Assembly (NCBI RefSeq): GCF_964194025.1
Contig: NC_134476.1
Location: forward strand, 27,094,001 to 27,158,000
Direction: 5' to 3'
Source of the DNA: Convolutriloba macropyga
Taxonomy: Eukaryota
Length of the DNA: 64,000 nt
Position 1 is the first letter of the stretch, and every line of letters starts with the position of its first letter. Of this stretch, positions 11,573 through 23,563 are shown piece by piece. The translations under genes and the position numbers were made by a program. The notes below the pieces were generated by a model. It searched no databases. It had not been told where the DNA came from and saw only the letters and a list, made by a program, of their open reading frames with translations.

Positions 11573-11706
11573 TGTTGTGATAGCCGTTATAAATAATCTA
11601 CCATTCCTTGTTGTTATTCCTGCATTTGTTTATGTGTTTGATATCGTGTATCTTTCAGAACCAACGTTGAGTTAAAGCTTTAAGACAAAGCCTGTTTTCC
11701 ACTACA
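11573..11706 (+). repeat. 3' LTR (134 bp)
   Basis: TGTTGTGATA...TTCCACTACA followed by TSD ATTCA. Confidence 0.97.
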
Positions 11707-12149
11707 ATTCATTTGACACTTTGAATCCTTATTTCTCGAATTTTTATTTGCTTATCACTGAAACAAAGTTTATCGGTTGACTTAGAAAGTAGATTACTCT
11801 CCAATTTCAAATAGATAAAGATAACCGCAATTGACCTGCAATCTTTTAATTAAATTGATCGAAAATAAATGATAAACTCGCTGCAATGAGAGAAAGTGAC
11901 GGCAAGCTCGACAATTGCAATTCAGTACAATTGCACGTATATGTGAACAAGAACTGATTTGAAGTGAGTGATTTCATTTGATGGTAACAATACCAATATC
12001 GATGGCAACATCGACGAAAAAAGAAGGCAAATAATAGCTCCCCACATCTAATAAACAAATTGAGGTCATAAATATAAAGAAGCACAGATTTCCCTGTAAA
12101 ACTTTAAAAGGAGATTTTGAGAAATGAGAAAGCAATAAATCAGATTCAA

Positions 12150-15100
12150 AATTTAGTGTGTTTTGACCGCTCATAGAGATGTCCAGATCGAACCAAAGTT
12201 GACATGGATCAACACCAGTGTACGTAGATTGTAGAAAAAAATAGTCCTTGCTATAGCTTGCCTACGAAGAAATTCAGTTTTTTTGTAAAGAAGCTTGTGA
12301 TTTATTCTAATGATAAACCTTGAATTAAATTATTTTCATCTAGGTCATAGAGTTGTCCAAACTGAATTATACTTCATAAGAAGTATCACCTGTGTACGTG
12401 ACCGTCTAACAGATATTTTGATATAGCTTGCCTGGAAAGAAAATTAATATTTCATAGGTTAATTTCCGATATTTCGAACAATCACTTTTGAAAAATTGCA
12501 TTTTCCAACGGGACAAGTGTCAAAAAGTTCTTCAAATTTATTTGAATTTATGTAGGGTATCCCTTGAGTACGTAGCGTGTAGAACAAAATAAGTTGTGCT
12601 ATATCTTGCCAGGGAATTTTAATTTTGTGTAGGAAAATTTGCCATCTTTCCCAATACTTAGTTTCGAAAAATAGTATTTTTCTGACGGCTGATAGAGTTG
12701 TCCAAATCAAGCTAAATTTGATATGGAGTATCCCTGGGTACGTAAAATGTGGAACAAAATGATTTTTAATTACAGCTTTTTTCGCAAAAAAGTCATTTAT
12801 TTGTGCAAAAATTTGCAAGTTATTCAATCATTCAATTTCTCAATATAGTGTTTTCTGACGGACCATTAGGTTGTTCAAATCAAACTCAAGTTGGCAAGGA
12901 GTATCACCTGTGTACGTACAGAGTAGAATAAAAAATTTTTGTTACAGCTTGCCTAGGGAAAAATTGAGTTTTTTTATACGTATGTTTGCGGTTTACTCGA
13001 TTAATGAATTTGAAGTTGGCAAGGAGTATCACCTGTGTACGTACGGTGTAGAATAAAAAAAAATTTATGGCAGCTTGCCAAGGGAGAAATTGAGTTTTTT
13101 AAACCTATCTTTTCGGTTTATTCGATTAAATAATTTGATAGTTTTTTTTTCTCGGTCATACAGTTTCTAAATTCCAACTAAACTTGGTATGGTGTATCCC
13201 TTGTAAGTATATTGTGGAACTAAAAAACTTTGCTAGAGCTTGCTTTCGAAAAAAAAATATTTTTTTTGTCAAAAATTTGCACCTTTTCGGATATTCAGTT
13301 TCTAAATAAACTATTTTTTTGACGGCTGATAGAGTTGTCTGAATCAAAAGAAATATGATATGGACTTTCCCTGTGTTTGTAAAAAGTGGAACAAAATGTG
13401 TTTTACTATAGGTTACTTTGGGAAAAGATTACTTATTTTTGCAAAATTTTGCGAATTATTCAAATATTTATTTTTTCAAATTTACTGTTGTTGACGGGTC
13501 ATTAGGTTGTTCAAACCAAACTAAAGTTGGCATGGAGTATCACCAGTGTACGTAAAATGTGGAACAAAATGGTTTTTTAGTGTAGCTTTTTTTGGATAAA
13601 AGTCATTTATTTGTACAAAAATTTGCCAGTTATTCGAAAAATTGATGTCATGAAGAACAATAATAATCTTTGCTAGGGCCTGCGTAGTAGGAAACTCAAT
13701 TATTTGAACGGAAGTGTGCGATTTTTTTAAAACAAAATATGTTGAATTAAAATATTTTCCTTCAAGTCATAGAGGTGTCCAAGTCGAAATATACTTGGTA
13801 AGAAGCATCACCTGTGTACGTGATTGTCGAACAGAGATGTTTTGCTATAGCTTCCCTGGGAAGGGCAGAAAGTTAAGATCTCCTAGGCTAATTTCCAATT
13901 ATTTGAATAATCAATTTCTAAATATAGCATTTTCGGACAGGGAAAGTTTGAAATAGTTCTTCTAGTAAAATCAGTTTGTTATAGAGTATCCCATGTGTAC
14001 GTAGAGTGTAGAACATCAAGTATTTTGTTATAGCTTGCCTGGGAAATAATAGTATTTTCTACGAAAATGTGCAATCTTTCCGAATGTTCAGTTTCGAATT
14101 ATAGTACTTTCCTGACGGCTAATAGAGTTGTCCAAAACAATTCAAATTTGATATGGAGTATCCCTGTGTACATTAAATGTAGACCAATTCTTTACTATAG
14201 CTTTCATTGGAAAAAGATTAACTATTTGTGTGAAAATCTGCAAATTATTCGAATAATCAATTCCGAAAGGTAGTGTTTTCTGACCGGTCGTAGAGATGTC
14301 CAGATCAAACCAAAGATAACAGGAATCAACACCATTGTACGCAGATTATAGAACAAAAATAAACCTTGCTATAGCTTGCCTAGGAGGAAGTTCAGTTCTT
14401 TTGTATAGAAGTTTTGGATTTATTCGAATGATAAATCTTGAATTAGAAAACTTTTTCTAGGTCATAGAGTTGTCTAAATTGAATTATACATTATGAGATG
14501 TAACACCTGTTTATGTGATTGTCTAACAGAGATATTTCCCTATAGCTTGCCTGGGAAGAAAATTAATATTTCCTAAGTTAATTTCCGATATTATGAATAC
14601 TCAATTTTGAAAAATCGCATTTTCTAACGGGACAAATGTCAACTAGTTCTTCAAATTTATTTAGGGTATCCCTGGTGTTCGCAACGTGTAGAACAAAATA
14701 AGTTGTGTAATAGCTTGCCTAAAAAAATTTAGTTTTTTTGTACGAAAATTTTTTGCAATCTTTTCAAAAATTTAGTTTTGAAAAATAGTTTTTTTTCTGA
14801 CGGCAAATAGAGTTGTCCATATCAAGCTAAATTTGAGATGGAGTATCCCTGTGTACGTAAAATGTGGAACAAATGGTTTTTAATTATACATTTTTTTTTT
14901 GGAAAAAAGTCATTTGTGCAAAAATTTGCCAGTTATTCGAAAAATCGATGTCGAAATTAGGTGTTTTTTGACAAATCATGAAATTGGTTAAATCGAACCA
15001 AAGTTGGCATGGAGTATCACCTGTGTACGTACAGTGCAGAATAAAAATAAATTTTGTACAGCTTGCTTAGGTAGAAATTGATTTTTTCATCCGTATTTTT

Positions 15101-18100
15101 GTGGTTTATTCGATTGTTTAATTTGGAATGATAGTATTTTTGTCTAGGTCATACGGTTTCTAAATTCCAACTAAACTTGGTGTGGTGTATCCCTTGTAAA
15201 TAGATTGTTGAACTAAAACACTTTGCTATGGCTCGCTTTGGAAAAAAATTAGTTTTTCGCAGAAAAATTTGCACTCTTTCGAATATTCAGTTTCGAAACA
15301 GAGTATTTTTCTGACGGCTGATAGAGTTGTCTAAATCAACACAAGAATGATATGGAGTTTCCCTGTGTTTGTAAAAAGTGGAACAAAACGTGTTTTTTAA
15401 TATAGCTGACTTTGGAAAAAGGTTACTTATATATGCAGAAAATTGCGAATTGTTCAAATAAATAACATTGAAGTATATTGTTGTTTTTGGGTCACTAAAA
15501 TGTTGAAATCGAACCAAAGTTGGCATGGAGTATCACCTGTGTGCGTACACTGTAGAACAAAATCATTTTTGCTATACCTTGCCTAGAAAAAAAAATAGTT
15601 TTTTTACAAAAATTTGTCAAAATCAAGCTAAATTTGATATGGAGTATCCCTGTGTATGTAAAATGTGGAGCAAAATTGGTTTTTTAGTAAAGTTTTTTGT
15701 AAAGAAGACATTTATTTGGGCAAAAATTTGCAGGTTATTTGAATAATCGATGTCGAAATATGGTGTTTTTTGACAAATCATGAAGTTGTTCAAATCGAAC
15801 CAAAGTTGGAATGGAGTATCACCTTTCTGCGTACAGTGAGGAACAAAACAAATTGTGCTATAGCCAGCCTAGGAAAAATATTAGATTTGTACAAAAATTT
15901 GCAGTTTTTTCGAATAATCAGTTTCAAAAATTGGATTTTTCTGACGACTGATAGAGTTGCCCAAATCAAACTAAATTTGATATGAAGTGTCCTGGTGACG
16001 TAAACTGTAGAATAAAGTTGTTTTCTAATATAGCGTTCTTTGGGTTACTCATTTGTGTGAAAACTTGCGAATTGTTTGAACAATCTTTTTTCGAAATATA
16101 GTGCTTTTCGGCCGGTCAAAGAAAAGTCCCAATCGAATCAGAGCTGACACGGAGCAGCGCCAGTGTACGTGTATTGAAGAACGAAAACAATTTTTGCTAG
16201 GGCCCGCATTGTAAAAAATTCAGTTTTTTGAACGGAAAATTGCAATTTTTTCGAACGACACATTTTGAATAAAAATGTTTTCATTCAGGTCAAAGAGTTG
16301 TCAAAATCGAATTATATTTGGTAAGAAGTATCATCGATGTACGTGATCGCCTAACAGAGATAATTTGCTATAGCTTGCCTGGGAAGATAATTGAGATTTC
16401 CTAGCCTAATTTCCGATTGTTCGAAAAATCAATTTTTAAATACAGCTTTTTTTGGACAAGACAAATTTGAAGTAGTTCGTCGAGTCAAATCAATTTGTTA
16501 TAGGGTATCCCTTGTGTACGTAGAGTGTAGAACAAAAAGTGTTTTGCTATAGCTTGCCTAGGAAATATTAATATTTTGTACGAAAATTTGCAATCTTATC
16601 GAATATTCAGTTTCAAAATATAGTACATTTCTGACGGCTAATGGAGTTGTCCCAAACAATTTAAATTTGATATGGAGTATCCCTGTGTACATAAAATGTA
16701 GACCAAGACGTTTTTTTTGTACTATAGTTTTCTTTGAAAAAAGGTTACTTATTTGTGTGAAAATGTGCGAATTGTTCGAATATTGAATTTCGAAAGGTAG
16801 TGTTTTCTGACCAGTCATAGAGGAAGAAATTCAGTTTTTTTGTACAGAAGCTACGATTTATTCGAAAAATAAATTTTCAATTAAAGTATTTTCATCTAGG
16901 TCACCGAGCTGATCAAATCGAATTAAACTTGGTTAGAAGTTTCGTGATTGTCCAAAAACAAGTGATTGTTCGTGTTTTATTTGATTGTCCAAAAGAAAAA
17001 CTTTTTTTGCTTGCTTGGAAAAACTTAATATTTCAGAAGCTAATTTCTGATTATTCGAATAATTAATTTCTAATTATAGCATTTTTGGACATGACAAATT
17101 TGAAATATTTCATCAAACCGAATCAGTCTGCTATAGTTTGCCTAAGACAAAATGGTGCTTTGTACAAAAACCGTCAACTTTTTTTCAAAATTTCGAACTT
17201 CAAATTAAATCAAAATTTGCTGCCAAAATGAACAATGAGAAGGATTGATTGGCTGGATTTGTACAGGTTTTCTATAAGCATTAGGTTTTGAATAATTTCA
17301 AAGGTTTTGTGCAGAGCTACAGATTCAAAAAAAACACAATCAAAACCCGAGCGCTAAACTATCTTGTCGATATCTCCAGCGCTTATTGCTGTCATCTTGT
17401 GCTAATGGTAGTGGTTCTGAAACAGAGAAGTATATTACAGTTGGGTTGATAGAGATTTGGTTGTCTGCAAAATTAAGTATTTATTGGAGTACGATGTGCG
17501 ATGTGGTATTTTGCAAAAAGCAGATGACGTGCAAAGTATTTTTTGGTCTTGATGTAAAAGATTAAGAAGTTACAGTTAAGTTACCACTCGCGTCTGTTCA
17601 AAATAAAATATTTAATCTTCCTTCAAAAGAAACGTGTATTTGTTATGTTTGATTAATTATAAGTGATTGATTTGATCTAATGATAGTTCTACGGGTTTGT
17701 CTGATTAATTGATTAAAGTTTAATTTTATTACAAATTTTTGTCTCGAATTTGTGCATAGGCCTAGGAAAGAACAAACGATTAAGTGGAAAAAAGTTCGTT
17801 TTCAAAAAAACTAATCTCCAAGGTGATAAATTTTTAAAATCAACTGAATTTTGATTTTAATGTCCCACTATGCATGACGGTTCTCAATCATCAAGAAAGT
17901 TTGGCGTAGCTTGGATAGAAAAAAATTAAGTTCGGACATTTTGATTATCCTAGTTTAAGAAGTTTTTAATGGACCAAACAGTTTACCAAAACAATTCCAT
18001 CTCAAGTTCAGAGTTCCGGCTGGCATAAGGCGTCTGAAGCGCCAAAAAAATTTTTTCAGCTTGCCTAGGAAAAACTTACATTTTCGTATGTATATTTGTG

Positions 18101-20900
18101 ATTTACTCGTGTAAGTAGTTTAAAAATAGGTTTTTTTTCGATCAGAACAAGCAATTATCCAAATCCATTCGGCGTCAAAAACAGATCTCTCCTAAGTATA
18201 AGGAATCTATAACGCCAAATATTTTTGACATGGGTTCCCATGGAAAAAATTGGTTTTTCATACGTAAATTTGTGGTTTACTCCAATAAATAATTTTAAAA
18301 ATAGGTTTTTGCGCTCGGACCAATTAATTTCTCAAATCAGTTCAAACTCTTAGACAGATCTCCCCGATGTGCAGCTTCCAGTCTCTGGTATTGCTTGCTT
18401 AGAAAATGTAGTTTTTCTTACGTAATTTTGGACGTTTTGATTTTGTCGTATTTTTAAAACAAGTTTTTCGATCGGTTCAAGCACTTGTCACAGTCGTATC
18501 AGACTAATAGTCCGAATTTGCATTTTTAGAGGGAGTTTAAAACGCAAATAATTTTAATTATAGTTTAAACAGAAAACAGTCAGATTTTGGAGAAAAATTT
18601 GCTCTCTAATCCAATAACTAATTTTGAAATATACTTTCTCACGGTCGAACAATTGTTGAAATCAAACCAAACCGGATATGGTGTATTTCTTGTGTGAGTA
18701 GAATGTAGAACAAAAACAATTTTTGGTATATCTACATTGCCTAGAAAGAAATTTATTTTTTATAGGGAAGTTTGCGATAAAATCCAATAATTATTTTTGA
18801 GATTTAGTAATTTTTGACGGGTCAAAAAGTTGTTCGAATCAATCCAAACTTGGTACTGAGTATCCCCTGTGTAGTAGAGCGCAGAAAAAAACAATTGTTG
18901 CCATATGAAGTACATCTGTTGAGTATCAAACTTTGTAGTATCCCCTATGTGCTTAGAGTAGAATTTAGAAGATAAAAATTTTTTGCCAGGGCTTCCTCAG
19001 GAAAAAAGTTGGGACTTCATAGGTTAATTTCCAATAATTCGAATAATCAATATTGGAAAGTAGCCTTTTCTGACGGGCCAGGGAGGGTGAAATAATTCTT
19101 CAAATCGAACCAAATATGTAGGGAGAAATATTTGGGTACGCAGAAAGTAGAACAAAAAGAATTTGGCTATGACTTGCCTTGTAAAAAAGTTTGTCTTTTT
19201 GTACAAAAACTTGCAGACTTTTTTGAATAATCAGTTTTGAAATATAGAATTGTTCTGATGGCTGATAGAATTGTCCAAATCAAATTTTATTTGATATGGA
19301 ATATTCCCTGTGTACATAATTTATAGAACAAATTGAATTTATTATATTGTTTTATTCTGAAAAAGTTTTGGTCGTTGTGCAAAAATTTGCGAATTATTCG
19401 AATAATCAGTTTTGAAATATAGTAATCTGTGGCGTGTCATAGATTTGTTCAAATCGAACCAAACTTGTTTCAGTTTTTTTGTACGGAAGTTTGCTATTCA
19501 TTCCAACAAAAAATTTTGAGTTCTAATAATTCTGACTGGGTCATAGAGTAGTCCTATTTGAACTAAATTTGCTATAGCTTGCCTAGTTGGGGCTGTTTTT
19601 GTGTGAGCTTTGTTTTGTTAAAAATTGTTATGTTTTGAAGAGCATTTTAGGCCAGGTTTTTCTTTACTTGTTGCTCTGCTCATTTCTCCTTTAGTTTTTT
19701 GGTAACTCGGCCACTGCCAGTTCTAAGCCCGGAATTAAATAGGAGGAGGGTGAAAAAATAATCACTCAGGAAATCCTCATTAGGTCGGTTTTTAGCATGA
19801 CTTTCAGGCTTTCCCGACGCTAAGTTAGCTATATTTTTATAGGGATTTTAAAACGCAAAAAATTATAGGTTTATTTTAACCAAAAACAAGTTAGATTTTG
19901 GAAAAGAATTTACCATCTAATTCAATAATTATCTTTGAAATGCAGTTTCTGACGGGTCGAACAATTGTTGAAATCGAACCAAACCGGGTATGGTGTATTT
20001 CTTGTGTGCTAAGATTATAGAACAAAAACAATTTTTGGTAAATTTGGATTGCCTAGAAATCTATTGAGTTTTTATAGGGAAGTTTGCGATATAATCCAAT
20101 AAATAATTTTGAGATGTAATAATTTGAACTTGTCAAAGAGCTGTTCGAATCAATCCAAATTTTGTATGGAGTATACCCTGTGTACGTAGAACGCAGAACA
20201 AAGCGATTACTGCCATTTGAAGAACATCTGTTGAGTAACAAACTTTGTATTATCCCCTGTGTGCGTAGAGTAGAATTTAGTACAAAAATAGTTTTTAATA
20301 TGGCTTCCTTAGGAAAAAATGGGATTTCATAGGTTAGTTTCCGATTTTTCGAATAATCAATTTTGAAATATAGCCATCTCTTACTGGTCAAGAAGGGTCA
20401 AATCAATCTTTAAAGCAAATCAAATTTGTAAGGAGCAACCCTTGGGTACGCAGAAAGTAGAAAAAAAATGCTATAGCTTGCCTAGGAAAAAAATTTGTAT
20501 TTTTGTACAAAAACTTGCATTCTTTTTCTTTTCAAGTAATCAGTTTTGAATAAAAAAATCGTTCTGATAGGTGATAGAATTGTCCAAAAGAAAATCAAGT
20601 TGATATGGAATATCCCCTGTGTACGTAAGTTATTAAACAAAAGGAATTTTTTATATAGTTTTATTCTGAAAAAGATTTGTTTTTTAAGCAAAACTTTGCG
20701 AATTATTCGAATAATCAATTTTTAAATAGATTAATCTGTGAAAAATCATAGATATTTTTTCAAATCAATAAAACGTGATTCAGTTCTTTTGTATGGAAGT
20801 TTGCTATTTATTCTAACAAATAATATTGAATTGTAGTATTACTGACGGGGTCATAGAGTTGTCCTATTTGAACTAAATTTGCTATAGTTTGCCTACATAG
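12150..20900. repeat. Diverged ~172-bp satellite with higher-order organisation (interrupted ~17200-18050)
   Basis: Recurring TCATAGAGTTGTCCAAATC...GGAGTATC(A/C)CCTGTGTACGT...GCTATAGCTTGCCT at ~170-175-bp spacing (12171, 12345, 12690); closer matches at ~2.0-2.1-kb and ~1.3-kb offsets. Confidence 0.85.
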
Positions 20901-21381
20901 TGTGTTTTTGTGAGAGTTTTTTTTATAACTTTTTATTATTTGGAGATTGTTTTAAGCCAGATTTTTGCTTAACTGTTGCTCTGCTCATTTCTCCATTAGT
21001 TTTTTTTCTAACTCCGCCACTGCCAGTTCTAAGACCTGAATTAAATAGGAGGAGGGTGAAGAAACTGATCATAAAGAAAAATTTCACTAAATTGGTTTTA
21101 AGCAGGAGTTTCAGGCTTGGCCGACGCAAGTTTAGTTTTTTTGTTCAAAAAAGCTCCTCTTGCGACCTATGATCAGGCCATAGTGCGACCATTAATCAGA
21201 TTTTTGTGCCACCAATGATCAAACTATAGTGACCTCTGATCGTAGTGTGACCATTGTCCACAGCATTCTCCAGACTTTGCCCTATGAACAGTGCTTAGTG
21301 CGATCATTTTCCTGACTTTCGTGCGGCCGAAAATAAACTATATTGCGACTTAGCCCTCTCATCTTATATTGCGACTTAGCC

Positions 21382-23563
21382 ATTATGTAAGATTGGCGTT
21401 GAATGCGTTGAATTTATGTAAGATCTACGCTTGAGCGTAGATCTTACATAAATTCAACGCATTCAACGTCAATCTTACATAATTTTGCGTTGAATTTTGG
21501 CGTAGATCTTACATATTTAGCGTTGAATTTTAGCGTAGATCTTACATATTTAGCGTTGAATTTAGGGTAGATCTTACATAAATTCAACGCATTCAACGCC
21601 AATCTTACATATTTTGCGTTGAAATTTGGCGTAGATCTTACATATTTAGCGTTGAATATTAGCGTAGATCTTACATATTTAGCGTTAAATTTAGCGTAGA
21701 TCTTACATGAATTCAACGCATTCAACGCCCATCTTACATAATTTTGCGTTGAATTTTGGCGTAGATCTTACATATTTAGCGTTGAATTTTAGCGTAGATC
21801 TTACATTTTTAGCGTTGAATTTTAGCGTAGATCTTACATATTTAGCGTTGAATTTAGCGTAGATCTTACATAAATTCAACGCATTCAACGACAATCTTAC
21901 ATATTTTGCGTTGAAATTTGGCGTAGATCTTACATATTTAGCGTTGAATTTTAGCGTAGATCTTACATATTTAGCGTTGAATTTTGGCGTAGATCTTACA
22001 TATTAAGCGTTGAATTTTAGCGTAGATCTTACATTCTTAGCGTTGTATTTAGCGTAGATCTCCCATAAATTCAACGCTTTCAACACCAATCTTACATATT
22101 TTGCGTAGAATTTTGGCCGAGATCTTACAAATTTAAGGTTGAATTTTTTGAATTCCATTTCAGACCACTTTATGATTTCAAAAATTTTTCAAGTTTTTTT
22201 TTCGAAAAGTCAATTTTTTCACTGTTTCGACCCCGATACTTCACAGGTGAGAAAAGCGAAGTCAGCAAAAAAACCACTTTTTAGTGCTCTTTTATAGTTC
22301 GAAATCCATTTGAGACCATTTTACGACTTCAGAACTTTTCCAGGTTTTTTTTCGAAAAATCATTTTCCCTGTTTTGACCCCTATGCTGCAAAGGTGAGAA
22401 ACGTGAAATCTGAGAAAAATCATTTTTAGTGCTCTTTTATAGTGCAAAATCCAATTGAATGTTCCAATAAGTTAATTTTTCAAAAAGTTAATTTTTTAAC
22501 TGTTTCGACCCTATACTGCACAGGTGAGAAAAATCACTTTTTAGTGCTCTTTTATAGTGCAAAATCCGTTTCAGACCATTTTACGATTTCAAAACTTTTT
22601 CAAGTTTTTCCTTCGAAAAATTAATTTTTTCACTATTTCGAACCCGATACTCCAAAGGTGAGTAACAGAAAGTCAGAAAAAATCTTTTTTAGTGCTCTTT
22701 TATAGTGCAAAATCCAATTCAAACCATTTGAAGATTTCAAATTTTTCAAGTTTTTTTTCGAAAAATTAATTTTTTACTGTTTCGACCCCTATGATGCACA
22801 ATTGAGAAGAATGAAGTCAGCAAAAAATAACCATATGCTCTCCTACGGTGCAAAAACCATTTCAGACCATTTTGGGAATTCAAATTTTTTTCAAAACTTA
22901 AAAAGAAATTAAACTTTTCCCAGTACTTCTCACATGATAAATGCGTTGAATACGTTGAAATTATGTAAGATCTCGGCTAAATTCAACGAAAAATATGTAA
23001 GATCTAGGCTGAATTCAACAAAATATATGCAAGTTCTACGCTAAATTCAATCCAAAATATGTAACGTCTACGCTAAAATCAACGCAAAATATGTGAGAGC
23101 TACGCTAAATTCAACGCAAAATATGTAAGATCTACGCTTTATAAGGATTGCGGCTCTTAAGGAAACCAAGGTACGGTGGCGCAAGGGTAGAAGAGGTGAC
23201 AAGTAAACAGGAGGTCAGTGGTTCGAGTCCCATACCCAGAGTTCTACGCGTTGATTTTTTGTAAGATCAACGCTAAATTCAACGCAAAAATATGTAAGAT
23301 CTACGCTAAATTCAACGCTAATTATGTAAGATCTACGCTAAATTCGACGCTAAATATGTAAGATCAGCGGCAACTAGCGTTGACAAGTTGGAAAATTCAC
23401 CGCCATTTCTTACATAATTTTGCGCTGAATGCGTTGAATTTTTGTCTTTAAATTCAACGCATTCAACGCAAAATTATGTAGGAAAATTGCGGTGAATTTT
23501 CCGACTTGTCAACGCTAGCTGCCGCTGATCTTATATAATTTTGGCCAAATTCCTCGGCCCGGG
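21382..23563 (-). mobile_element. Foldback-like non-autonomous element made of 32-33-bp repeats (left end not identified)
   Basis: Arrays of AGCGTAGATCTTACATATTTAGCGTTGAATTT(T) in both orientations; ends CCTCGGCCCGGG; inverted homologue of 27957-29611. Confidence 0.65.

Larger units (their letters stand above)
7531..11706 (+). mobile_element. Ty3/Gypsy (Mag-like) LTR retrotransposon, full length, inactivated
   Basis: TG...CA LTR pair; 5-bp TSD ATTCA (7526-7530, 11707-11711); gag-PR-RT-RH-IN order; PPT; two CCHC knuckles and short LTRs suggest the Mag group. Confidence 0.97.

Noticed and set aside
21444-21894. Repetitive ORFs (NAKYVRST...)
   Set aside because: By-product of a 33-bp period; frames break wherever a 32-bp unit occurs
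21435-22140. CRISPR-like appearance of the 32-33-bp repeats
   Set aside because: Units are contiguous with no unique spacers; no cas genes; eukaryotic context
23170-23236. Functional tRNA gene
   Set aside because: T-stem 3' side and anticodon stem do not pair; embedded in a repeat; copies diverge freely
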